DNA of 55,135 nucleotides, the filler included, from Sphacelaria rigidula (taxonomy: Eukaryota), in assembly GCA_964200075.2 (NCBI GenBank). It is 3 parts of 3 records of this genome, joined end to end, with 100 filler letters (N's around TTAATTAATTAA, not from the genome) between each part and the next. Parts side by side here need not be neighbours in the genome. Positions count along the whole stretch, not along the records: positions 1 to 18,316 come from CAXNAA020000877.1; positions 18,417 to 36,728 come from CAXNAA020000878.1; 1 more part is not named here. One strand, 5' to 3'. The notes under the pieces are model-generated. The model saw only the letters and a list, made by a program, of their open reading frames with translations. It was not told where the DNA came from and searched no databases. The position numbers and the translations under genes are program-made. Shown in pieces: positions 10,610-22,125 of this stretch (positions are counted from its first letter, which is position 1; the number at the start of each line of letters is the position of its first letter).

Positions 10610-10790
10610 ACTACTAGTAGATCCGTTTTGACGTACATGAACAAGACATGTCTCCCGGAATGCCATTGGGCACCGAACGAGGCAGACGCGCTAGTTCTAC
10701 CCCCAGTATTGCAATCGTACTTGAGCCACTTCCCCTGCAAACGGAGCTGCGTGACGTAGTGGGCGCCCACCGTATTGAGATCCCGCATGA
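10610..10790 (-). pseudogene. fragment resembling the His-box/C-terminus of a USP (peptidase C19) deubiquitinase
   Basis: With one frameshift it reads HAGSQYG-GAHYVTQLRLQGKWLKYD...HVLFMYVK. This resembles the USP pattern HxG...GHY...W..(F/Y)D...LFY. Confidence 0.5.
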
Positions 10791-10840
10791 AGGTCAGGTC
10801 CTCCTATGAATCGCGATCACTTTCACTTGAAAAAATAGGA
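10790..10840 (-). mobile_element. partial copy of the piggyBac-like MITE family
   Basis: The minus strand TTTTTTCAAGTGAAAGTGATCGCGATTCATAGGAGGACCT resembles 3232-3272. Confidence 0.5.
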
Positions 10841-12583
10841 CACAACTCAGAGCCAGCGAATAAACCAGGATGCCGGGAGCCGAGTTTGACATAAATTTGA
10901 TAAGAGGCAATTATTTGTGTGAATGATCCTCATGCCAATGCACTCGAACTATATCCCAATGAAGGTATCTCAAACTCGGCGATCCTGGATCGTTGAACGA
11001 GTAGTTCAGGATGTCCTGGATAACGAGTTTGAGATAACTCAACGAAGATCCTGGGATGGCATCGAGGATTCTCCGAATGGAGCTTTAAGAAAGATCCTCC
11101 CGGTTCACGACTTGAAGGGGAACCAAGAACCGCAAACGACGGTAAACAACAGCTTCCATTTGACAGTTTGACCGATGATCAATGTAATGCGCATGGTCTC
11201 GTCACGTTTTTCGATCCTTATGGTTGAAAGTGGGAAAAACGTTCGCGACCTTTCCTAGGAAATAACCAAAAAAATGATGTTTCGCGAGTCATCACGACAG
11301 GAAGATCCGGGAATTACAGCTGGATCTTTGATGAAGATCCATCCTCGTTGATCTAAGAATCCTGCCATTTAGCAGGATTACTGGATAAACGAGGATTTTT
11401 TTCAACTGTTTGTTGGAACCTACGCTTCGGGGTATCGCAGCTGAAGTGGCGACGTACCGTCTATACACCCAATGCTCTGCTGCGTTGGTGACATGGGGGA
11501 CGAGAGTGAAAATAGTTGTCGTGCCTCCCACAATGAGGAATTGTGTTGACAAAAGCCCTGCCGCTTGTGCACACACAAATTTAATAGCTCAAGGCAACAA
11601 GGAAGATATGTATGCTACGGTACAGTAGTAAAACAGACTACATCACGGTGACTGAATACACACTCCTCTTCATCTGTTGTGTTGATTAGAATGGCATCGC
11701 CACGTTCGCCGTACCGCCTCCGCAGCCTTCGTCGACGACGACGTGAGCCTGTACCTCTGGAATACACGCAGAAGTGTCACTCACCCCAGCGTCGGTCATA
11801 TGTAGTGTCGGTATACTCTCAACCCCAAGACTGCGATGCGGGTAGCACATCTGGATCGCATATACGTCTTGGCAGACTGCATTTGGAGCGGGACAGATTT
11901 GCTCGCTAACTGCCCATCAGATCGCTCCATTTCGCTTTGGGATCGTCAGGAGAGTGGTCTAAAACCTGCTGTTTGTGCGGTCTAATCTCGTATAGCGTTC
12001 CAACGCAGTACAGAATCATGAATAGTACAGTAGTATAGTACTCTGACTGAACACAATACAGTAGTACGGTACAGTACAGGTCCCCAACGCACAACGCCAG
12101 CAGAAGTGTCGCAGTACAGGACAGCGCACTGTTCGTCTTACATAAGACGAAACAGCCAATTCACCCATGAAGTTTCCAACAGTGTGCAGCAAGCACTACG
12201 TGCGGGCCGATATCGATTCCTGCCAAGACGAACACAACGACAATATCGCAGCTCGCATGCAATCCAACTTGTCTCCGCCACGGCCTGAACAACTGTTGAA
12301 GCTTCAACACATGGGAAGGTCTTGAGTGTGTTTTCTGCGGTACAGTAGTAGTGAAACAGGGTATGTCCCATGTCTTAATCCTCCGTCTGATTTTGGAGAG
12401 GTCCTTAATTTCGGGCTAGTGCAGACTTTGCACGCTCGGCCATAGTCCGGTTTCTTACAATTCACTTCGTGTTACCTTTATCTCTGTGTGGGAAGCTTGG
12501 CTTGTGATATGGGCTTCTCCCGCTAATTTCATCAAGCAGATTATGTCCTGGTAAAGCTTCAGTTTGTGTACGTTTTGAGGTAA

Positions 12584-12750
12584 CCCTTGGACAGCGAGGG
12601 TGCATCATTTGTTGAATCGGAATCAATTTCACTCGAAAAAAGTATGTGTCTTCCAGATGGACGACATTCGCAGTCTGAGGGTGTAGGTCACCTTCTAGAT
12701 CGGCATAAACTTCACTTGCAGAAAGTATGTACCTTCCAGATGGACTGTCC
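12584..12750 (-). mobile_element. piggyBac-like MITE family copy with a duplicated internal unit
   Basis: End reads GTAA|CCCTTGGACAGCGAGGG. Two tandem GTCCATCTGGAAG..CATACTTT..C.AGTGAA..T..CCGAT units lie on the minus strand. Confidence 0.6.
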
Positions 12751-12823
12751 GCATCATGGCCCAGGGTTCGCCGAGGTTCGCCTACAAATGTTCATGGTTG
12801 ATACATTTTACAAGTATCGCTAC

Positions 12824-13380
12824 CCCTGACCCTAACCCCAACCCAACGCATGCCGAGAACCCCCGGGCAAGGGCGGTACATAGCACTCCCTAGGCAAAGT
12901 ACGGCCTTAGTAGACCCCCAACGCATACCGAGAACCCTCGGGCAATAAGGGCGGTATTCCCCAGGCAAAGGACGGCCTTGGTTGACTCCAAATCGGTGCC
13001 TGTGGCGCCGATTTGAACGAAACGCGTTCTGCGCAGGCGAACACGGGTCTGTGAGCCCTACTAAATATCCGATTCTCGTTGTACATGCGTTTCCGTAGGA
13101 ATAGTGTGCGTTGGCAGACTCAAATCGACACTGCAGGCGCCGATTTCGACAAAAACACGTTGTGGACGAGCACCTAACCCCGAACCAAGCGTACGAGACC
13201 CTCGGACAAGGGGAGTACATACGTTCCCCTCAAATCAACGCCGCGGGCGCCGATTTCGACCAAACACGTTCTGGACGAGCGGGGTCCACTGCTCACGTGC
13301 CCCAAACCACAAATTTTCTCAGAACTTCCTCAACTCTAAAATCAAGTAATCATGTTGTCAACCATAGATATACGACCAAA
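12824..13380 (+). repeat. longer copy of the CCCTAACCCCAACCC-headed repeat with internal sub-repeats
   Basis: CCCCTGACCCTAACCCCAACCCAACGCATGCCGAGAACCC matches 2461 onward. CAAATCG..CGCCGATTT sub-repeats recur. Confidence 0.8.
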
Positions 13381-16300
13381 GCTCTAGGTCTACTGCTTTG
13401 CACTTGAAAATGAACGATTAACAGGCCGTGGGGGCGATGTGATGCAGCAGGGATGTGCGTGTCATGGGTGCAGACCTTGAGCGACGGGATGGTGCGGCTC
13501 GCATTCATTTTTCAGGTGAAAATGATGCAGGAGCCCAGTTGGAGATAACTCGACTGGTTTCCGGAGATATCCTTGAACCGGTTCCGGGATGGAAAGAGCC
13601 AAATATCATGCCAAGATACCAGGACGCCGAGTTTGGGATGCCTCTACTAACGTGCAATCGCTACTTTTCTCAAGCCGTCGAAGTGGTCTTCACATGAAGA
13701 AATGCGTGCCGATTCCTGCTCTGCATTGGACATCTCATGCTCACGCTTCGATGCGTGTAAGTGCGCGGGGATGAAATGCTCACACGGTTGTGGTTGAAAA
13801 CTTTTGATCTCGCTCGCGCGAAATGTTCGAACGACGGAAACGCGTGGTTGCACATGAGATACATACTGCTGTTGCGAGGTAGGTCTGCGCATGTTTGTCC
13901 TCTGCATCTCAACACAATATCAAAAAATTAAAAAGTATGCAGCCTCGTGATACAGGTGTCACAACCTCGGGGGGGGGTGTACTCATGATCATGCTTCGGG
14001 GGGCAGTATGTAGCAACAAGTTGATGTATTGAAAACCATAGTTGATATGTATGCATATCTCATAACCCTCGTTGACTGCTTCCATCACAACGTATATGCA
14101 GTGGCGGGAACCCAGTGTAGCGCATCACCAGGCGACAAAACCCATCTTGTGTCACGAAGTGTTCATGCGATACAAACAGGTGGATGCACAGATGAAGCAT
14201 CCAGGTACTACAGCACTTTGCATATCTCGATACTTCACCTGTTCTTCATGCGGGTCTACACTAAAATCCAATATCGCAACTGTCCACGCCGTACATTTCC
14301 GAGAACTATCTTGAACTACCAAGTGGTTAAGTCTACTGCATGCCTGATGGCACAAATTGATTAGTGCGCATGTCTGTTGGCCTAGCACAAAAAACACGAT
14401 CGCTACTACCCGCTAATTTCTGCGTCTCACAACATCTTCACATATTGGTTACAATCGACTAGCCTCTCCCTGCTTGCTGGTTCATCGACGAGCAAAACTA
14501 CAGCACAAGGGGATTTGCTGCACAACAGTAGCACTACGGTAGTGTGTACAGTTTTATAGCTGCCTTGGGGCATCGGATGATCAGCGATGCGGTAGCTCAC
14601 TTGCGAGATTGGATGATATACCATAATTGTACAAGTTGTCTGCTGTCTGATATACGGTATCTGAATGTACAGTAGGTTCTAAAAGGTTCAATGACACTGT
14701 ACGAGCTGGTTCACGGTGAACACCCGAAATGATGTCATCAGCAAATACCTTTCGCACAAAGCACCCAACAGTCGCATACATGGTATCATACTGGCCGCAA
14801 TCAACAAAGAGGATGGCATAGCCGCATATTTGTTCAAGGCCGTAGCGGTGGCGCTGTGGACGAAAATGTGTCTCGACCAATCAGCGACCTTCAAACTGTT
14901 CCGAGATCGAAATTACGAATTCCAAGCCCACTTTTCACCCAGTTTCCACATGCTTCAGTAACCGTCATCGGCACGGGAATCTAACGAGAAAAGCATTTTT
15001 TTAAACGGTTACTACGGGGGTCCAATTATACCCGAAACCGTGATGTTTCGGTGATGTCGGGTGTTGGCGTCGTCTAATTTCCACCAATGATACGCACGAA
15101 AGACCAAGGGAGCCATGTGACGGTGTCCCCTATATAATGTCGTAGACAAGCTCAGATCGTCCTCAAACTTAGCAGTTCGTAGGTATTAATGCTTCATATT
15201 AAAAAATTGTATTCTTGACTATGTTTTATGGTTTCTCCGTTCTCTACCTGCTTCCGGGGTTCCCAGTATGAAGACCCCCGGAACGCGGTACAGAATGCTC
15301 CAAGAGAAAAAAAAGAAAAGGATGCGCCCTGGGATAGTCTAAGGAACACATGTACAAGTTTGGTGGAGAAAATCGAAATCCTCATGCAGTTTTTCTTGCC
15401 TTGACCTCAAATTCAACCGAAAAGACGTTTCTATACTAAAACCAAGTAGTTAGGAGTTGCACGTTTCAAGCCCACGTCCTCCACAAACGCGCAAACCTTC
15501 ACGCCGTCATGAGGAGTTAGATGCTGAACCTTCGCACACATATACTATGTATCACTACGCAAATTTCTACGGACGAAATGTTTTACTTCGCGAGTTTTTT
15601 TACAGTTTTTTGGCGGTCCGACAGAGTCCAAGTCGTTTTTCGAAGTGGTCTACATTCTTGGATCCCAGAAAAACGGCCCTACAATATTGTTTTCATTTGT
15701 TCGCGCACGATTCGTCGCCGCAGAACCCTAGGAAGAGCCCCACAAAATTTCGTCTCAAAAATCGATCAACTGATGAGTGAATTATACTCACGTCAGAGAA
15801 GGCCCAAAAACGCTGTTTTGATACAAAAATCAAGTAGTTTGCGGTTTCACCGCGGTACGCCAAGGTTTATAGCACAAAATCGAGAAACCTCACGCCGTTT
15901 CGAGGAGGTAGACCCTGAAATTTTGCACAGCTGTTCTATGAGTGATTACGCTACTGTGGAAGAACGAGGTTTCGTATTTCATTTCTTCACCGTTTTACGG
16001 GGGTCCGATTGGATCGATGTTTTCCCGAGAAAAATGGGGACCCCCAAAAAACGGTGAAAAAAGTGAAAAATTCAACGAAACTCGTTCTTCGAAAGTTGCG
16101 TAATCACCCATAGAGCATCTGTGCAAAACTTCAGGGTATAGCTTCCCAAAACGGCGTGAGGTTCTGCCGATGAGTGTTTTTTGGGTGTTCACCGTGAACC
16201 AACTTGTAGGACTCCCGCGTTGTGTTCAGTGTAATACTCTGTACTGCTATATATACTGTAGGACTTCTGTATTTCAACAACGGGGATTCAAGTATGTGGG

Positions 16301-17739
16301 AGGGTCACGTTTTGGGCAGGTCCTTGAAAATTTCTGATTGATTCTTGAAAAGTTCTGATTGGTTCTGAAAATATTTTCTGAAAAAACGAAACACTTTTCT
16401 GTTACAGAAATCCAGTGCCGAAATCTGAAATGGCCCGAGACAACAACCAATGTGAAAATTGGAATTTGCTCCCGATATCCCCCTATTTCGTGTACCCCGC
16501 TTCACTTTTGGCCGGACCAGCGACCACTGGAACATGAAAGATACCGCATTCCTATGGGCTTTGTGTGTTACACGGTATAACTCGAAGTTTTTCTTATCGT
16601 TGTACGAGATCCGACAACATGACCAAGTGGGCGTGTGAACATCGGCCAAGCTTGCCCAAGCTAGCCCGGAGAGCACGAGAAGTAAACCCGAAGAACGATC
16701 TGCCAAGCGCCATACTCCCCAGACATTCGACACTGAATCGAACAAGTCTACTCCTGGATTCATTTCTTCCTCCACCCGAACCGGCGGACTCAAGCTTATC
16801 TGTCATGAGAATGTGTATATCTTCGATAGCAATTCTCTCGATCTGTTGTCGTTTCTTGCCGCTACGCCATATCCCAACGTTGCCGCAGTCGACTACTTCC
16901 GCACACGGCGGCGATTGAAACCAGATGTGGCGAGATGATGCCTGGACATTTCTTTTACTCAGAGGACAACAACCACAATTAAACCATGCAGCGAGGCTTG
17001 ACATGCTACTCCAGTAAATGTGCCCATATGTCATGTGAGACAACTGACTTGAATCGTCGCCGAGCGGGGAAGTTACGGCGGTGGAAAACCTGACTACAAT
17101 GCACAGAGACAAAACAATAAAAATATGCTGTCTGGGGCGATTAAAATACTTCGAGGAAAATCCAATCGATGAATTGCTTGCATCCTGAATATGGAGGGAT
17201 CACATAGGCCAGTATCTACGGGTACAAATCCAGAATTGTACAAATCTGGGGATTTCAGCCGTTCTGAAGAGATTTTGCCGTACGAAATGCGTTTTCGGAT
17301 CCCAGCACTTTGGAAACGTCCTTCGGCCAGCTGTGAGGAGAAGATGGAACTCTAATTCTTTTGACGTTGACTGTGGTACTAAACATAATGTCGTATCGCT
17401 CAAATAGAGGGGAGCCGGAATTTTCGTCCAGGAAGGACATATTTCGGCCGCAGATATGTTTCTTGTCCACACCTATTCGGGATTGACTGAATTTGAGCAG
17501 GAAGGTAGAATACCTGAAGTCCACATACTGAGAACTGGAGAAGTGTCCTCGCAGCTGGTCGAACACCATGCCCGAAGGGCCTCGTGTCCGAAACCTCACC
17601 CGATGAGAAAACACCGCCTTCAGAGGTGCTGAATGACGCTGCTTTGTTTACATATGCAGATTTCACCCCAAAGACCGCTTCTTATGACAACGACAAAGGA
17701 AAACGTAGAAAACCGCCTTGTTGGAGCTTCTGCGTCGTT

Positions 17740-18240
17740 TTACGCCGTATAAGAAAGGTGAGCGGATTTTGATACCATGGCATGCCTCCATGTACTCGTT
17801 GAGACGGTTCCGGTACACTCACATTTTTCTCGGAGACGGGTCAAGCCCAGAAAAAAAATCGCAAGTTCTTCTGGGTGTTCGCGTTTCAGACAAAAATGAG
17901 CGGTCTCCTGGAAAAATTGAGTCTGGCCAAGGGAAAAACTGCCACCGGAAAAAGGCATAAGTGCGCCGGAATCGTTTCAATGAGTACAACGCATTCCAAG
18001 GTGTCAAAATCCGCCTACCTCTGTGTAGGGCTTAAGACGATGCAGATGCTCCGAAAAAGGCTTTTTTAGATTTTCTTTGTTGGTCATAAGAAGCGGCCAT
18101 ATGGCAAACAAAAGAGAATACCCGGGAAACTTTCTCTTCGGAGCGTGAGCATCGCTATACGCCATAGTAGAGTGCCAGGCAAATTTCGACACCATGGAAT
18201 ACCGTGATGTACTCGTTCAGTCGGTTCCAGCATACCTGTG
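17740..18240. repeat. foldback sub-repeats (three copies of a ~80 bp motif, one inverted)
   Basis: GCGGATTTTGA.ACC.TGG.ATGC...TGTACTC.TTGA.ACG.TTCCGG occurs at ~17762 (+) and ~17965-18013 (-), with a more diverged copy at ~18180 (+). Confidence 0.7.
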
Positions 18241-18316
18241 CGATTTTCCGGTACGAGCTGGGCCAGCTTAAAAGCTGCTACAAGTTGCTCACACCACAGC
18301 TTCCCCAGTTTCCCGA

Positions 18317-18416
18317 NNNNNNNNNNNNNNNNNNNNNNNNNNNNNNNNNNNNNNNNNNNNTTAATTAATTAANNNNNNNNNNNNNNNNNNNNNNNNNNNN
18401 NNNNNNNNNNNNNNNN
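18317..18416. other. assembly gap with artificial TTAATTAATTAA spacer
   Basis: An N-run of 100 nt has a central TTAATTAATTAA. The same construct occurs at 36729-36828. Confidence 0.95.
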
Positions 18417-19559
18417 AGATAAGATGACACATGTGCTCATTATTGAACGACTTACGGGCAGACCGGTTTTCTGCTGATACAGAACAATACTTGTTATACT
18501 TCGAATTCTCAGTTATCCGGCATTCAGACCGATTGATTTCGTCCGTGTAAAACATTTCGTTGCTTTTGAGCGGTTTGATGAGTTATGCTACGCAGAACGA
18601 ACGGATGAAGTACAGAGTGCAGACTTTCAGAACCGTATCGGCGGGTTGCTTATCCAAAACGATATTTTTTATACTTCAAATTCTAAGTTATCCGGCATTC
18701 GGAAAAAATTCATCCGTGGAAATCCGTGGCTTTTCAGCGGTTCGATCCGTAACGTATGCTGCGAAGAACACATGGATGACCTACGGAGTGGATAAAACCG
18801 CATCTTAGAAAAACCGCGTTTCGTGGTTCCAACCGCGCAGCTGTAATCCATACGGAGCCGAGCGCTTTTTTTTCTTGTCCAGTCTTACGCCAAAAGAAAA
18901 AAAGAAAAAAATCGGAACAGAACCCGACATCTTTTCGCCTCAATACGCACGCACACACTGCGCAACCCCAGATCCAGCAAGATGAGGTTGTTGTCTGTTG
19001 TCTACATGACATGTGGTCAAAGTTTCAGTGCGTGAAGGCACTGACAGCGCTTGCACGGCCGTGTCTCCTGAAGTGAGCATCTCCACAGGCGATACCAAGA
19101 TAGGTACCGCGTAGAATGACATCATCCAAAGTGTGCCCAGTACGGATCGATGTGTTCGTTTGCCGGGGCAGGAGCCACCCAGCAGGAATTGAGCGTACCT
19201 GTGTGTCAACATGTGCATCCATTGACGTCTCACGGAGTCTGGGCCGAGGGGACTGCGTTTTGAGGGCGTATCGATGGCATGGCCAAAAATCAGTATTTTG
19301 CTTGGTGCGTCTGGCGCACCACGTAAAACGTGCCGCCGATCCGGGAATGTGCTATCTGTGTTGTGGTCTACCTCTGTGCCAAGTTTCAGGCTGGTTAAAA
19401 CAGACACGGCGGAGAAATCCACAAGCAAAGCAACCCTTGATTTGTACTGAAAATAAGGTACTAAACCCTGCTAAACCGTCGAAAGATACATGAGGTGCAT
19501 ATGATTCTTGTATGCGGGCATCGTGGCAGTTGACTTACTTTTTTTTTTGGCGTGAGACT

Positions 19560-19810
19560 GTGTCACGGAGCGGATATCAGCACATCGGAAAATTTACGGA
19601 TTATTGCGGAGCGAATATCCGGCCTTGATTATGTCACGGAGCGGAGCGGATTTTTCGAATGTGGTAAAGGGCGGAGCGGAGCGGATATCTGCCAGTGGGA
19701 AAAATAACGGATTGTCACGGAGCGGACATCAGCCCCCTACAAATGCCACGGAGCGGTGCGGTTTGACAAACCGCGCCGTAATCATCCGCTCCGCGGATTT
19801 GTTCTTGATC
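19560..19810. repeat. CGGAGCGGA-rich repeat (related inverted copy at ~53290-53430)
   Basis: Repeated TGTCACGGAGCGGA motifs. The complementary ATCCGCTCCG motif occurs at ~19783 and around 53295-53330. Confidence 0.65.
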
Positions 19811-20071
19811 CGAACGCATCCCTCAACATTTTCTTTCCCACCGCACTTTTATAATCGGGAAAAAAATGTCTCAAGACACGCCGTTTGACCTTTTGCACAA
19901 AAAATGTGCTATGGGCCATGACGCAACTTTCGAAGGTCGAGTTTTTTCTATATCTTTGGCGTTTTTTTGCCGTGTTTCGGGCGTCCCAGGTTTTTCGAGG
20001 AAACTTGAATTCCTTTGGAGCCTCGAAGAACGGTGAAAGAAGGAAGAAAATCTCGTTCATCCAAACTTGCG

Positions 20072-20320
20072 TAGTGAACAATTTTACGATAGAGGTTTCA
20101 CTTTGTGTTTCTGGGTCTCTTGTTTCAGGAACCCAAATGTATGGGGCTTACTGTTCAACCCAATCCTCCGGGGACCAGATATGCACGAAGGGACCTTTTC
20201 TTGAATCGACATCATTTTCACTCTTCTTCAAGTGAAAATGATGTCGATTCTCAAAATGACTTGTCCAACACCCCGAAGCATTTTCGCTAAAAAGTGCAAC
20301 CCCTACCGTAGCATCACTCT
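20072..20320. mobile_element. MITE inserted into the right TIR of the large element
   Basis: It interrupts the TIR alignment. Its ends are imperfect inverted repeats (TACGATAGAGGTTTCACTTT / AAAGTGCAACCCCTACCGTA), and it holds a perfect 20-bp stem at 20203-20250. Confidence 0.65.
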
Positions 20321-21423
20321 CATGAATCATAGCACGTTTGTGCAAAGTTTCAGTATCTAATTCGTAGGAACGACGTGAGGTTTTGCGGGTTGGTGCGATG
20401 AACTTTTCCGTGCCACGGTTGACCCGCAATTTGCTTGATTTCAGTATGAAAACGGCGTTTCTGAACCTCCTTTGATGTGAACATGAAAATTCAAGCATCA
20501 CTTAACCAAGTTTGGCCACGAAATTTCGTGGGGCCCTTCCTTGGATTATGAGACGACAGCTTGTTCGCGATAAAAAAAAATAAAACGGATCGCAGTGCCG
20601 TATTTCCAGGTTCTTAGAATGTAGACTCCTTCGAAAAATTGACTTGGTTTCCGTCGGAGCCCCGCGAAACGGTAAAACGTCAGGAAGAAAATAAAGCTCG
20701 TTCATCGAAAGTTGCGTAATGACCCATAGCACATTTGTGCAAAGTTTTAGGGTCGAACTCCAAATAACGGCGTAATGTTTGGCGCGTTTGTGCGAGGAAG
20801 TGAGCTTGAAACTCACGAATTTCCAACTACTCGGTTCGAGTATAGAACGTCTCAGAGTGACTCATACGTGAAGGCAAGAGGTTTTCGACTTTGTTGACCA
20901 AAATTTTACATGTGTTCCTTCGACTATCCCGGGACGCATTATTTTTATTTTTTTATTTTGAGGTATTCTGTACCGCCTTCCGGGGGTCTTCATACTGGGA
21001 TCCCTGGAAGCCGGTAGAGAACGGAGAAACTTTGAAATATTGTAAAACAAACCTGGAGCATTATTACATACGGAACTGCCAAGTTTGAGAGCGATCTGAG
21101 CTGTTCTACACCACATGTGAGGGAAACCGTCACGAGGCTCCCTGGGTCTTTCCTGCGTATCATCAGTGGAAATCAGACGACGCCAAAACCTCACATCACC
21201 CAAACATCCCGGTTTCGGGTATATTTCGACCCCCGTAGAAACTGTTTTCAAATTTGTTTCTCCCCTTAGATTCCCGAGCTGATGGCGGTCACTACGATTC
21301 AAAGCATGTCGAGATTGGATAAAAGTCGGCCTTGGAATTCGTAATTTCGATCTTATGAAAATTTGAAGGGCGCTGATCAGTCGAGGTACGTTTTCGCCCT
21401 TAGCACCACCAGTATGGCTTTAA

Positions 21424-21725
21424 AGATATCTATCGGTCCCAGAGGGATACCCACATCCCAGATGGATATCCCAGATGAACGTCCACATGGGGCATGGATA
21501 TCCGTATACCAGATTGATCTGATTTCCTGGATGGTTCTTTATATCCCAGGTGGATATCCATATTCTAGATGAATATCGCAGAGGGATGTCCACATCCCAG
21601 ATGGATATTTCGAATGGACGTCCACAAGGGACATGAATATCCCAAATGGACGTCATATCCCAGACACATGTCCACATCCTAGATGAACCTGATATCCTAC
21701 ATGAGTGTTCATATTCCAGATGGAG
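21424..21725. repeat. GGATATCC/ATCCCAGATG-rich repeat with ~140 bp duplication
   Basis: CAGAGGGAT..CCACATCCCAGATGGATAT occurs at ~21439 and ~21579. Confidence 0.7.
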
Positions 21726-22125
21726 ATGGTGCGATAATGCAAGGCTCTCCCGGGTAACGGTCTGGCAATCCGACCAGATCCCGGCGGTTGGCCACCGTAA
21801 GCGTATACGGCCACCACTAGACTGCGTGTGTGCCAAAACAAGTTCCTCGCGAATTTAGTTTTCCCAGGTAAGATTACAGGAGGCTAGGTATGTTGTTCGA
21901 ATGGGTAGGGTTGTGGTGTTTTCTCTGCGTACATCTACAAGACGCGAAAGCCGACTGAAGCCACCGTGGGCACCCGTTCTCGAGAGGGTACTGCATAGTA
22001 TCCGGCGTTCTCTTGTCGATACAATTTGTTCTCGGCAGAGAATGCGTGTGAATACATACACCATGAAGACGGGTACCATGGGTGACGGTGTGTATTTACC
22101 ACCCCTCCTGAATGCCGCCCCCTGA

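Larger units (their letters stand above)
14838..21419. mobile_element. large DNA transposon (or inverted pair of related elements) with ~1.3 kb diverged TIRs; Kolobok-like ends
   Basis: 14838-~16170 aligns in reverse complement with ~19875-21419; shared stretches include AGATCGAAATTACGAATTCCAAG, TATACCCGAAACCG and CCCAGTATGAAGACCCCCGGAA. Flanks are TCAA|GGCCGTAG and GTATGGCT|TTAA. Confidence 0.75.

Noticed and set aside
18361-18372. TTAATTAATTAA palindrome inside N-runs (also at 36773-36784)
   Set aside because: The same construct sits in both 100-nt gaps and puts stops in all six frames, so it is an assembly spacer rather than biology.
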